Assembly (NCBI GenBank): GCA_965116925.1
Contig: OZ220744.1
Span: forward strand, 992,001-1,056,000
Direction: 5' to 3'
DNA: 64,000 bases
Origin: Candidatus Poribacteria bacterium
GTDB taxonomy: Bacteria > Poribacteria > WGA-4E > PCPOR2b
Shown: positions 48,985 through 58,925 of the stretch, one piece after another
Layout of the letters: the number at the start of each line of letters is the position of its first letter
Numbering within the stretch: position 1 is the first letter of the stretch
Position numbers and translations under genes: made by a program
The notes under the pieces: model-generated
Database searches by the model: none
Seen by the model: only the letters and a program-made list of their open reading frames with translations
What the model was told of the DNA's origin: nothing

Positions 48985-50580
48985 ATGCGTTTACAGTGGA
49001 AGTACGCCCTCATTATCAATCTTTCTGTTCTGATCATTCTTGCTGCCTTCTACATGCTTCTCAATATTAAAGCTGTGGATGACCTTGGAGACCTTTACGA
49101 AAAGGGCATAACACGCGGCGCGATTTTCAAAGAAATTACAGAGAAAACCATTCGTCCGATCGTTGAAGAGAAGATGGCCTCCAAAGAAATTGCAGAGCAG
49201 ACAATTCCTCCGCTTGTCGAGGACAAGATTGAGGATAGGCAGACACTATACAGGGAAAAACTTGAACATGCCCTCCGACAATTAAAAAAGGACAAGCCTA
49301 ATGAGATGCGAGATGTTTTGGACATAAATGTGACCTTCGGCATTGATGCGAGAATCCAAGCCAGTTTAATTCCAAATAAGGAGGTAAACGACCATATAAA
49401 TTTAACTGAGGAAGGGGTGTTTGAAATAAGGAAGAAAGGCTTTGAACTCTACCGGACCCCTCAAATTAACGGCAGAGATGCGACAGCAGTTATCATACCC
49501 TATTCGGTTGAATTTGTCGGAGAAGAATTTGACACAGAGCCAATCGACGGATTTATTCAAGCGATTTTTACAGGACCCAATCTTGCCAACCATCTCTACC
49601 GTCTCCGTATCATGCTCCTGATTTCCATTCTCGTTGTGAGTGTGCTGCTGATCATCATTATTGATATGATGACGACTCGTTTGGTTCTGCGTCCCCTTCA
49701 AGGCATGATGGAAATTATCAGACGTGCAGAAGCGGGTGATTCCGAATCGCTGCCGCAGTCCTATGCCTCCGACGAGATTGGGCGTGTGACCTACAGTCTT
49801 GCACGGATGTTGAGGCAATTGACAGGGACCCACTCGAAGCGAATTGCTGCACTTCAGCAATTTGCTGCAGGTGTCGCTCACGAGATCCGTAACCCGCTGA
49901 ATACTATCGGTATGACAGCCCAACACCTGCGAGATCTCTTTGCACACGACAACATTAAACCCAAGGACATTGAAGAAGCTCGAGACCTGCTTAATATTGT
50001 CAACTTTGAAATCCAACAGTTGCAGCGGATTTCTGAACAGTTTGTGACCTTAAATCGTCCCAAAACGCTCGATCTGGAACCGACGGATCTCAATGTACTT
50101 ATTGACCAAGTCATTGCAGAATTTAAACTCATGAGCGAAAATGCCAAAGTCGAGATGATCACCAATTACACCCCCAATCCGCCACAACTGCAACTAGATC
50201 AAGGGTTGATTCGGCAGACGTTTTTTAACCTGATACAGAATAGCATTCAAGCTATGCCCAAGGGCGGAAGAATTTACATCACAACGCAGCCAACGCAAAC
50301 ACTCGCCGGCCGCGGAATCGACATTGAGATTCGTGATACGGGTGTTGGTATTCCCCGCGAGATTCAAGAGCGGATTTTTGATGCTTACTTCACGACAAAG
50401 GAGAGTGAAGGGGGAATGGGACTTGGGCTTGCGATCGCTCACCAAATTATTACAGCACACCAAGGAAGGATTGAGCTCAAAAGCCAAGTCGGAATGGGAA
50501 CCGCATTCCAGATCTACCTGCCTATTAAGAGTCCCATTAGCTCCTCAGCCAATAAACCCGTAAACCATAAGGAGGAATAG
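48985..50580 (+). CDS. HAMP-domain sensor histidine kinase
   Basis: Two TMs, AHEIRNPL H-box, N-box, DTGVG, GMGLGL. Confidence 0.93.
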   Translation: MRLQWKYALIINLSVLIILAAFYMLLNIKAVDDLGDLYEKGITRGAIFKEITEKTIRPIVEEKMASKEIAEQTIPPLVEDKIEDRQTLYREKLEHALRQLKKDKPNEMRDVLDINVTFGIDARIQASLIPNKEVNDHINLTEEGVFEIRKKGFELYRTPQINGRDATAVIIPYSVEFVGEEFDTEPIDGFIQAIFTGPNLANHLYRLRIMLLISILVVSVLLIIIIDMMTTRLVLRPLQGMMEIIRRAEAGDSESLPQSYASDEIGRVTYSLARMLRQLTGTHSKRIAALQQFAAGVAHEIRNPLNTIGMTAQHLRDLFAHDNIKPKDIEEARDLLNIVNFEIQQLQRISEQFVTLNRPKTLDLEPTDLNVLIDQVIAEFKLMSENAKVEMITNYTPNPPQLQLDQGLIRQTFFNLIQNSIQAMPKGGRIYITTQPTQTLAGRGIDIEIRDTGVGIPREIQERIFDAYFTTKESEGGMGLGLAIAHQIITAHQGRIELKSQVGMGTAFQIYLPIKSPISSSANKPVNHKEE

Positions 50581-50582
50581 GT

Positions 50583-51965
50583 ATGCCATCAATACTGATT
50601 GTTGATGATGACCAGGGGCAACGGACTGTTTTGCAGACCATATTGAAGCGCGAAGGCTACACTATAGAGACAGCTGAAAATGGCGTTGCTGCCCTCGAAA
50701 AAATTGAGGACAACCTATTTGATGTTATTGTCAGTGATATGCGGATGGCTCAGATGTCAGGGCGAGAATTGCTGCATGAAATTAAAAGCAGGGATCCAGA
50801 TCTACCTGTACTAATTGTCACAGCCTACGCTGAAGTGAATGACGCTGTGGATCTGGTGGCACGCGAAGGAGCATTCTATTACCTTGAAAAACCGATTCAG
50901 ATTGATACCCTCAAGAAGGAGATTAGACGCGCTATTGAGATGCGACATGGCATAACAGATGAAGGATCGAGTGACGAAACCAATGTTCAGGAGATTCATT
51001 TTGAAGGGATTATTGGCAAAAGTGACTCCGTACGTCAACTGTTCAAAACCATGTCTCGAATCATTCATCGCGGTGCCAATCAGGTGCTAATTACGGGTAG
51101 CACGGGTACAGGGAAAGGACTGGTTGCCAAAGCAATTCATGAGTACGGTAGACGTAAGGACAAGCCGTTCTTGCAAATTAACTGTGGTGCTGTGCCTGAA
51201 ACGCTGATTGAAAGCGAGCTCTTCGGGCATGAAAAAGGGGCGTTTACCGATGCCCATCGGCAGAAAGATGGTGTGTTTGAAGCAGCAAATGGCGGCACAG
51301 TTTTTCTGGATGAGATTGGCGATCTTTCTGTGCATACGCAGAGTAAACTCCTCCATGTCTTGCACGAAAGGGAAATCATGCGTGTCGGGGGCGTGAAACG
51401 GATTAAGGTTGATGTGTGTGTCCTTGCCGCGACCAATAAGGATTTGCAAACCGCTGTCGACGAGGGGCACTTCCGTGAAGATCTCTTTTTCCGGTTAAAC
51501 GTCATTCCGCTTCACATGCCCGACCTCCGGGAGCGAAGCGAGGACATAGGGCTTCTGGTCGATTTCTTCCTCCAGAAGTTTGGACGAGAATACCCCGGTG
51601 CTGAACCGAAGCGCATGACACCTAGAGCGATGTCTACACTTCGGCGGTACGATTGGCCCGGGAATGTGCGTCAACTTGAAAATTATCTACACAGAATCTT
51701 TGTGCTGTCGGAAAACGAGGTCATTGATCTTGAAGATCTTCCGCCGGAAATTTCGGATAGTTCATTGCCTCTAGGCGATTTTCCCGTAGAAATTCCCGCG
51801 GATGGGGTTGCGCTTGAAGAAATTGTAAAGGAATACATTCGGGTTGCTTTGACACAGACCGGCGGCAATCAAACCAAAGCTGCCGAACTTTTGGGAATTT
51901 CCCGCCGCAGACTTCAAAACCGAATGCAGAACTATGGGTTTAGTAGCAGGGATTTTAAGGATTAG
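50583..51965 (+). CDS. Sigma-54-dependent (NtrC-family) response regulator
   Basis: Receiver domain, GSTGTGK, ESELFGHEKGAFTDA, WPGNVR, Fis-type HTH. Confidence 0.94.
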   Translation: MPSILIVDDDQGQRTVLQTILKREGYTIETAENGVAALEKIEDNLFDVIVSDMRMAQMSGRELLHEIKSRDPDLPVLIVTAYAEVNDAVDLVAREGAFYYLEKPIQIDTLKKEIRRAIEMRHGITDEGSSDETNVQEIHFEGIIGKSDSVRQLFKTMSRIIHRGANQVLITGSTGTGKGLVAKAIHEYGRRKDKPFLQINCGAVPETLIESELFGHEKGAFTDAHRQKDGVFEAANGGTVFLDEIGDLSVHTQSKLLHVLHEREIMRVGGVKRIKVDVCVLAATNKDLQTAVDEGHFREDLFFRLNVIPLHMPDLRERSEDIGLLVDFFLQKFGREYPGAEPKRMTPRAMSTLRRYDWPGNVRQLENYLHRIFVLSENEVIDLEDLPPEISDSSLPLGDFPVEIPADGVALEEIVKEYIRVALTQTGGNQTKAAELLGISRRRLQNRMQNYGFSSRDFKD

Positions 51966-52117
51966 AATCGGCAGGACTTCTATCAATAGATGTCTGAACA
52001 ATTCAACCGTGCCCGTTGGGTGGTATTGTTCCGTATGATGAGTCTAATCTAGCCATTGTCCCCCATGATTACCCGCCAATTCGCATTTCTTGCCGAATAA
52101 CTTCCGCTTATCCAGTA

Positions 52118-52249
52118 CGCTCATGTTAAGATTTAGTGCAAAGAAACCGAATATTCGTAGGGGTTGGGTCCCCCAACCCTTACGGCGGACGGGGAGACCC
52201 CGCCCCTACGATTTCGCTTCGTGTTTTGCACTCTCTTTTTACATGAGCC
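52118..52249 (+). mobile_element. MITE family B, copy 2 with GTAG REP cargo
   Basis: cgctcatgttaagatttagtgcaaagaaaccga ... ttttgcactctctttttacatgagcc; TSD ATCCAGTA at 52110-52117 and 52250-52257. Confidence 0.87.
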
Positions 52250-52326
52250 ATCCAGTAATTGCGCTTCCGTACATATCACTTCGCCTGAATTATGCGGATT
52301 AAGTATCAAGCGATCTGTCCTCTCAA

Positions 52327-53991
52327 CTATTTAATCACCGGTAGGTTTAGACGTGATAGGTTTCGCTTGCCGTGATGAACCGTGTTGCGGGCAATAACCG
52401 GTTCAGTATTTGCCCACGGTGGGGCAAGGGTGTTTGGATGCGGAAAGATACGGGGAAAGTCACTACTAGTGATGAGCAGACAGATCCGCGAGCCAGTTGG
52501 AAATACATAGGCAGTCTGCCCCAACTGTAAGTGGATACGGGTAACATCGCCAGATGTGAGTGACTGAGGATCTGTCCAACTATCACGATAACGGCATCGC
52601 AGCGAACCAAGCGTCAGACAGGTCACGGCACCAGAGGGCTCTTCAACACAAAGTTTGGCAACAAAGTCAGTATCAAGGGCATCACTGGAAATGCAGAGAT
52701 CAAGCGAAACTTCGCCGACTACGGTCAGCGGCGATTCCAGTTTTGGACTTCGATAAAATAGCAGATCGGACCGATCCAGCAGTGGACGCTGATCAACTGG
52801 ACCGAGGTGCTCAAGTCCCCAGTAGACGGGACCTCCACGTGTCGGAACAGGCTCCCGTGGATTGTACACATAACTATCGTCAACACTTTTATCCGGGGGT
52901 TCTTGCGTTAGTACCCCATCGCCAGTCCGCATATTTGCACTACCATCTGATTTGAGATACCATGATTGGGTTGTTGCTTCTGGCGGGGGCCAATCTTGCA
53001 GAGAAATCCATCGGTTTTCTCCCATCAGAAACACTTTCGCAGGTGGTTGGCTTGTGTAACCGTTGTCTATGTCTTTTAAGTAAAAATCGAGAAACTGAAG
53101 TTCATGGGCAAGGACCGGCAGATCTGCTTCCGTTCCAAAATCCCAGTCACCATAGCGGCAATGCTCCGGACCTGTGTTTCCGATATTTCTATGCCCCCAC
53201 GGTCCGATGAGAAGGCGCTGCCCGTTTTGTGCTGATTCTGTCGCACCATTGTTGCGGATGTTTTGGTAAGCCTCAAACTGACCCCGCGTAAGATGGTCGA
53301 ACCACCCGCCAGCGTGAAATCCAGGCACCTTGATGTGCGGGTGCATCAAGCATTGATCGATTGATTCCCAGTAGTCGTCATAATGATCGTGAGCTGCCCA
53401 ATCCGGCAAAATAGGTGTTTCAAAGCCAACTTGATCGGCAATTGTTTTAGGATTGCTCAAGTAGTGGAGCTCGTCCCAAGAGAAATGCGCCATCGGTGGT
53501 TGATTGCGGCAGGAAGCGTGCGTCAGAGACCATCGGATAGTGTTGCCGAGTGCGAAGCAGCCATCGTAGCGAATCCAGTCACGGAAGAATGAACCGGGTG
53601 CGACAGAAGGGGCGATACAGCGCAAGGCTTCATGACCGCCGCTCGCTGCCGGCACTTGAACGATTCCAAGATAACTGCGTCCCCACAACCCTATCCGGCC
53701 GTTGCACCACCTCTGATTCGCTGCCCAATCTAGCGTTGCTTGTCCATCACGAGCCTCGTCAATCAGTGGAACGAAAACACCGTCGGAATCATACTTGCCA
53801 CGACAGTCTTGTGCAACAAACGCATAACCCCGGTCGGTGAATTGGTGTGCTGTACTTTGAAGTCCCACGCGATGGTAGGGAGTACGGACAATAACAGCGG
53901 GAAATGGCCCCGGACCATCAGGGAGATAGGCATCTGTGGCAAGGTTTACTCCATCTTCGGCAGGGACCTTTCGGCATAATAGCGTTTGCAT
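52327..53991 (-). CDS. CocE/NonD family hydrolase
   Basis: RTPY, QDCRG, GRSYLG nucleophile, GWFD, GPWGH. Confidence 0.93.
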   Translation of the reverse strand: MQTLLCRKVPAEDGVNLATDAYLPDGPGPFPAVIVRTPYHRVGLQSTAHQFTDRGYAFVAQDCRGKYDSDGVFVPLIDEARDGQATLDWAANQRWCNGRIGLWGRSYLGIVQVPAASGGHEALRCIAPSVAPGSFFRDWIRYDGCFALGNTIRWSLTHASCRNQPPMAHFSWDELHYLSNPKTIADQVGFETPILPDWAAHDHYDDYWESIDQCLMHPHIKVPGFHAGGWFDHLTRGQFEAYQNIRNNGATESAQNGQRLLIGPWGHRNIGNTGPEHCRYGDWDFGTEADLPVLAHELQFLDFYLKDIDNGYTSQPPAKVFLMGENRWISLQDWPPPEATTQSWYLKSDGSANMRTGDGVLTQEPPDKSVDDSYVYNPREPVPTRGGPVYWGLEHLGPVDQRPLLDRSDLLFYRSPKLESPLTVVGEVSLDLCISSDALDTDFVAKLCVEEPSGAVTCLTLGSLRCRYRDSWTDPQSLTSGDVTRIHLQLGQTAYVFPTGSRICLLITSSDFPRIFPHPNTLAPPWANTEPVIARNTVHHGKRNLSRLNLPVIK

Positions 53992-54092
53992 TAAGGGTTC
54001 TCCTAACTTTCATTCTCAATGTGATAGTAATAACAGATGAGGATAAAGACTTCTTAGTGGCTTCGTAAATTTCTTCTCAATTCATTTCACGA

Positions 54093-54121
54093 TTGACACG
54101 ATGAATGGTAAATGCTACAAT
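54093..54121 (+). promoter_or_regulatory. Putative sigma70 promoter
   Basis: TTGACA-17 bp-TACAAT with TG extension. Confidence 0.65.
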
Positions 54122-54181
54122 GAAACGCTAAATTTATCCAAACAAAAGGCACCCTGAACGGTTAAATGAAAGGAAAATCCA

Positions 54182-55192
54182 ATGTTGATGCTGTTGATAG
54201 CTATTGGAATTGTCTTGATTTCTTCTGCTATCTGTTCTGGATCTGAAGCGGCGTTGTTTTCGGTTCCGATAGTTAAAGTTCAACGATTGGCTCAGTCAAA
54301 TCGGCCCAGTGCACTAGCTCTGCTGTCTATCCGCGAGCAGATGAATCGCCCTATCGCAACCATTGTTATCCTCAACAATATTGCTAACATTGTTGGAACG
54401 AGTGTCGTGACTATTTTGGCTTCCGAGGTTTTGGGGAGTCAATGGTTGGGCTTAGTTTCAGGGATGCTTACCTTCTTGGTAATCCTTTTTTCGGAAATTA
54501 TCCCCAAAACGGTTGGTGAACGATATTCAGACCAGATTGCGTTGGTTATTGCTAGACCCGTCGCTGGATTGACCCGAATTTTAACCCCGTTGGTATGGTG
54601 CATCGAGAAAATTACCACCCCTTTAACGGCAGGTGGTAACAGCTTCACAACGGACGAAGCGGAGATAAAGTTACTCGCAAAGATGGGACAAGAGGCAGGA
54701 ACGATTGAAGATGATGAATTTGAAATGCTCCGAAAAATATTCGATTTGAATGATATGACAGCTGCCGATCTAATGACGCCGCGGGTCGTAATGACATACC
54801 TAAATGGTAACTTAACGCTCGCGGAGGCAAAAGAGGACATTCTGACTTCTCCACATAGTCGAATTATTGTCATTGGAGAAACGCTGGATCAGGTTACCGG
54901 AGTTGTTTTGAAGACCGACTTGTTGGCAGGGGTCATCGAAGGAAAATTAGATCAATTCATCTCACATTTTGCTTATGAGGTACATTTTGTGCTTGGACGG
55001 AAGCGTGCCAATCAGCTTCTGTCGATATTCCAGCAGACTCGTCAGCATTTAGCCGTTGTTGTTGATGAATATGGAGGTGTATCAGGAGTGGTAACGCTTG
55101 AAGACGTGCTAGAAGTCCTCACGGGTCAACTTGTTGATGAAACTGATACAGTGGTTGATTTGCAAGAGTTCGCTCGAAAAAATAGCAATTAG
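54182..55192 (+). CDS. CNNM/DUF21-CBS (hemolysin family) membrane protein
   Basis: SGSEAA, SEIIPK, MTPR, VDEYGGVSGVVTLEDVLE. Confidence 0.92.
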   Translation: MLMLLIAIGIVLISSAICSGSEAALFSVPIVKVQRLAQSNRPSALALLSIREQMNRPIATIVILNNIANIVGTSVVTILASEVLGSQWLGLVSGMLTFLVILFSEIIPKTVGERYSDQIALVIARPVAGLTRILTPLVWCIEKITTPLTAGGNSFTTDEAEIKLLAKMGQEAGTIEDDEFEMLRKIFDLNDMTAADLMTPRVVMTYLNGNLTLAEAKEDILTSPHSRIIVIGETLDQVTGVVLKTDLLAGVIEGKLDQFISHFAYEVHFVLGRKRANQLLSIFQQTRQHLAVVVDEYGGVSGVVTLEDVLEVLTGQLVDETDTVVDLQEFARKNSN

Positions 55193-55198
55193 CGACGT

Positions 55199-56296
55199 TC
55201 AATTCCACGGCAGGGGTTGCCTGACAGGAGTAGGTGCGGGGAATCGACTCACAACATCAACCGGCACCCCTTTGTCAGCGGATTCAAAGATGCGTTCGCA
55301 GATTTCTAGTACATGCCGGGCGTGTTTGCCTGAACACCGCACGGGGCGATTATTCCGAATTGCGTCCGCAAAGTCGGAGGGGCCCTTGCCCCAGTCTAAA
55401 CCCTCATACGCTCCTTCCGGGGAGGCTTCAATTTCCCAATCGCCTGCAAGGGTGCGTTTGCGAATTCCACGTCCATCGTCATGTGCCTGGATCGAGAAGA
55501 CCCCTTTTGTGCCATGAATCTCGTAGGGTGGGATTTCTGATCTGGCAGTCCAACTGTGGTAAAGTAGCCCGTAAGCACCGCTTTCAAATTCAAGTAGCCC
55601 GAAGCCGTGATCTTTCTCAGTGACTTGATAGTGCGTCCCTGCGCGTGGACCTGCATGTAACATCCTTTCCGGAACGGTAATGCGAGCCAAACCGTAGACC
55701 CGTTTAACAGGACCAATCATCGTCGTCATGGCAGTCAGCGGATAGGGTGCAACATCCTTGAAAGGTCCAACGCCTTTCTGCATAAAAGCATCGGCGGTCG
55801 GATGCCAATACTCGACCGGTCCACCAAAGTTTCCAATGGCGGAAACGACTTCGCCAATTTCTTTTTCGCGGATGCGTTTCCAGACGTTTTGCTGGACATG
55901 ACCGAGCATCGCCACCGGCGCACATGCAAATTTAACGCCCATTGCATCTGCGGTTTCGACCAACTGATCTGCTTCCTCAATGCGTAGGGCGACAGGTTTT
56001 TCAGAATAAACATGCTTTCCTGCTGCGAGCCCTACCAAAGACACCGGGTAATGTCCGGTATGAATTGTTAGATTAATGATTGCTTCAACATTAGAATCAT
56101 TCAGAACATCGTCGAAGGATTGATAAACTGTTCCACCACCATTTTGGGCGAGTTTTTCCGCACGAGAAACATCTTGGTCGTAATAGCCGACAAGCTCAAT
56201 TTTGTGCGAATAGGCTTGGCACCGCGGCTGATAACCTTTGCTCGCAATCATACCGCAGCCAACAATGACTGTCTTGACGGGTTTGAAATCGGACAT
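55199..56296 (-). CDS. Gfo/Idh/MocA family oxidoreductase
   Basis: IVGCGMIA, HVYSEKP. Confidence 0.9.
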   Translation of the reverse strand: MSDFKPVKTVIVGCGMIASKGYQPRCQAYSHKIELVGYYDQDVSRAEKLAQNGGGTVYQSFDDVLNDSNVEAIINLTIHTGHYPVSLVGLAAGKHVYSEKPVALRIEEADQLVETADAMGVKFACAPVAMLGHVQQNVWKRIREKEIGEVVSAIGNFGGPVEYWHPTADAFMQKGVGPFKDVAPYPLTAMTTMIGPVKRVYGLARITVPERMLHAGPRAGTHYQVTEKDHGFGLLEFESGAYGLLYHSWTARSEIPPYEIHGTKGVFSIQAHDDGRGIRKRTLAGDWEIEASPEGAYEGLDWGKGPSDFADAIRNNRPVRCSGKHARHVLEICERIFESADKGVPVDVVSRFPAPTPVRQPLPWN

Positions 56297-56426
56297 TCAT
56301 TCGTCTCCTTAAACTGAATTTTAAGTATTATAACAGATGGTCGTAGGTTGATCAAGGACGGAGAAAAGTGGCTGGGAATCCAGAGCAAGCGGGGGAAGCG
56401 TCTGTAAAAAGGAGGAGAAGTACAGT

Positions 56427-56984
56427 TTGGAAAGCATTAAGATCAAACTGCCGTTCCCGGAGATTGAGGTCGATCACATGCACGAAAGCGATCTGCCGGC
56501 AGTAATGGAGATTGAACGGAGTTCGTTTTCCGGTCCGTGGGAAGAAGCCGCATTTCGTGATGGGTTGAGACATAGGAACCATCATGTTTACTTTCTTGTC
56601 CTTCGCTACCACCAAAATCCGATTGCGTTTATTAATTTCTGGGTTGTAGAAGATGAGGCGCATATTGCAAACTTCGCGGTTTCTCCTGACTACCGCAATA
56701 AAGGTGTTGGTAAATATCTTTTTGCGGAGTCGCTTGTATATATCCGAAAGCTAGGAGGCGATCATGTGTCTTTGGAGGTGCGTGTGAGCAATATCCCGGC
56801 ACAGCACCTCTACAGACAATTTGGGTTTCGGATTGTGGACATTCGGAAGAAATATTATATGGACAATCGTGAAGATGCCTACGTTTTTCAACTTTCTAGC
56901 CTTGGGAAAATTGATTTGTGCATTGACCATGCACATCATACAAATTCCGAATCCAAAGCTTGCTTAACATCTTCGATAAATTGA
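56427..56984 (+). CDS. rimI: Ribosomal protein S18-alanine N-acetyltransferase
   Basis: IERSSFSGPW, HIANFAV, LEVRVSN..AQHLY, RKKYY...EDA. Confidence 0.88.
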   Translation: MESIKIKLPFPEIEVDHMHESDLPAVMEIERSSFSGPWEEAAFRDGLRHRNHHVYFLVLRYHQNPIAFINFWVVEDEAHIANFAVSPDYRNKGVGKYLFAESLVYIRKLGGDHVSLEVRVSNIPAQHLYRQFGFRIVDIRKKYYMDNREDAYVFQLSSLGKIDLCIDHAHHTNSESKACLTSSIN

Positions 56985-57012
56985 ATCGTTAATAAAAGGG
57001 AGTTTCGATACG

Positions 57013-57912
57013 ATGAAAAAATGCTTTTGCTACGGCGTCCGGCTGCTGGTTCTATTTCTGATTATTATCAGCTTGACGCCGCCTACAATGGGAGCACAGA
57101 CCAACGGTTTAGTCATCATGATAACCGATTTTGGTGTTAAGGATTTTTACGTTGGTGCAATGAAGGGGGCAATGTATAAGGTCTTCCCACAAGCGAAAAT
57201 TGACGAGATCTCTCACGGAGTCTCAAAGTTCGACATTAAGGAGGGAGCCTATACACTTGCTAAAGCTGCACCAGAATTTCCGACGGGGACTGTTTTTGTT
57301 GGCGTTATTGATCCGGGGGTTGGTACACAGCGCAAACCGATCGCAATGAAAACGAAGAATGGGAGTTATTTCATTGCGCCGGATAACGGACTCTTAACCC
57401 TAATCGGTGATTCAATGGGGGTTGCAGAGGTGCGGGAAATCACGAACCGCGATATCATGCGTCAGGAGGTCCAGTCAAGCACGTTTCACGGACGAGATAT
57501 TTTTGGCCCAGCTGCTGCACATCTTGCCAAAGGGTTTGCATTTGAAAAGATCGGACCCGTTTTGAAGGAGTATGTCCAGCTGCCGATTTCATTTGCAAAG
57601 ATAGTTGATGACGCAATTGTCGGGCAGATTGATGTGATCGACGAATATGGAAATGTCATCACGAATATACGTCCCGATCTGTTCAAGGAATTGGGCATAC
57701 AGGGTGGGCAGAGCATTGAGGTCGATTTTAGCCACCATAGGCGTGTCGTCTGCAAATATGTCAAGGCTTACGGGGACGCGCCGATCGGTTTTTTTGTTGG
57801 CTTGTTTGGGAGTGGTGGGGTTTTTGAGGTTGCTATCAACCAAGGGAATCTTGCCAAGGAGTTAAAACTGGAGACTACCGGGAAGTGCATTGTACGGAAG
57901 GGATCAGACTAA
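57013..57912 (+). CDS. DUF62 SAM hydroxide adenosyltransferase (chlorinase/fluorinase superfamily) with N-terminal signal-like segment
   Basis: ITDFG, IDPGVG..R, APDNG, STFHGRD, DEYGN. Confidence 0.88.
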   Translation: MKKCFCYGVRLLVLFLIIISLTPPTMGAQTNGLVIMITDFGVKDFYVGAMKGAMYKVFPQAKIDEISHGVSKFDIKEGAYTLAKAAPEFPTGTVFVGVIDPGVGTQRKPIAMKTKNGSYFIAPDNGLLTLIGDSMGVAEVREITNRDIMRQEVQSSTFHGRDIFGPAAAHLAKGFAFEKIGPVLKEYVQLPISFAKIVDDAIVGQIDVIDEYGNVITNIRPDLFKELGIQGGQSIEVDFSHHRRVVCKYVKAYGDAPIGFFVGLFGSGGVFEVAINQGNLAKELKLETTGKCIVRKGSD

Positions 57913-57929
57913 GATAGGAGCGAGTAAAA

Positions 57930-58763
57930 ATGAACAGTGTCGTAACAAGATTAGGCGTAAGCGTCATTCTAATTGTAGCCAGTTTGATATTGACGTCCGT
58001 AAGTCATGCTCGAATTCAGCCCGAAGACATCGTTGCAATGTGGCTTTTTGATGAGGTCGAGAAAGATATGACGAAGGACCTCTCTGGTAACCTACACCAT
58101 GCAAAGATGGTTGGCAACCCAGAGTTGGTGGAGGGAAAATTCGGCAAAGCATTTGCTTTTGGGAAGGGCAAATATTTGGAAGTGCCACACCACAGGAAGC
58201 TACAGATTAAGGAGGTCATCTCCATCTCTGTATGGATAAAAAGACCGCTCCGGCAGGATGCAAACGATATTGTTGCTGCACCCTTTTATATTATCGAAAA
58301 GGGTGGAAACTGGGGGTTTGGCCAGCAGGGGCAGGCGAATTATGGAATAGCACTTCACAAGATCCTCAAGAATATGTTCTTTTTCTTTTTTAGAGGTGGA
58401 TTCCGGGGAGTGGAGGGTATCCCTGATGATCAGTGGCATCATTATGTCGCTGTTGCCAAAGATAATGAGGCTGACCCTGTGATGTATATTGATGGCATTC
58501 CGCGGGAGATCGCGCTACGGGATGGCGAAAAGAGGATAGCACTGTTCCCGGATTCCAAGAGGAATCTACATATTGGTGCACTGCTCCCGGAGAGATTTGA
58601 TTCTTTCAGTGAAAGCGTGATCGATGAAGTAGTCATATTCAACACTGCCTTAGATGAGGCTGAGATTATACAGCTTAAGACGGGGATAGGAAATGTTTTA
58701 TTCGCCGTTTCCGCATCTGGCAAACTTGCTACAACTTGGGGGGACATTAAACGGGGTTGGTAG
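57930..58763 (+). CDS. Secreted LamG/concanavalin A-like domain protein
   Basis: Signal peptide, WLFDE, GKFGKA, WHH, IDEV.IFN.AL, C-terminal AVSASGKLATTWGDIK. Confidence 0.87.
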   Translation: MNSVVTRLGVSVILIVASLILTSVSHARIQPEDIVAMWLFDEVEKDMTKDLSGNLHHAKMVGNPELVEGKFGKAFAFGKGKYLEVPHHRKLQIKEVISISVWIKRPLRQDANDIVAAPFYIIEKGGNWGFGQQGQANYGIALHKILKNMFFFFFRGGFRGVEGIPDDQWHHYVAVAKDNEADPVMYIDGIPREIALRDGEKRIALFPDSKRNLHIGALLPERFDSFSESVIDEVVIFNTALDEAEIIQLKTGIGNVLFAVSASGKLATTWGDIKRGW

Positions 58764-58925
58764 GTTATCCCACGATTCAGCAGAGGTGGGGGTGTAGATC
58801 ACGCAGGTTTCCGATTGATTAACATCATGGAATTTGATATAATGAGCACTATTATTTGAGACTCGCCCCTTCAAACTTGAAACATTGAATGCAATCTGCC
58901 CCGGATTTTTAAGGAGATAAAATTT

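Noticed and set aside
50583..51965. GAFTDA instead of GAFTGA as a sign of sigma54 independence
   Set aside because: GAFTDA is a common variant; not informative alone.
57013..57912. Halogenase (chlorinase/fluorinase) call
   Set aside because: TFHGRD with His and the DPG..R residues match the DUF62 hydrolase type rather than SalL/FlA.
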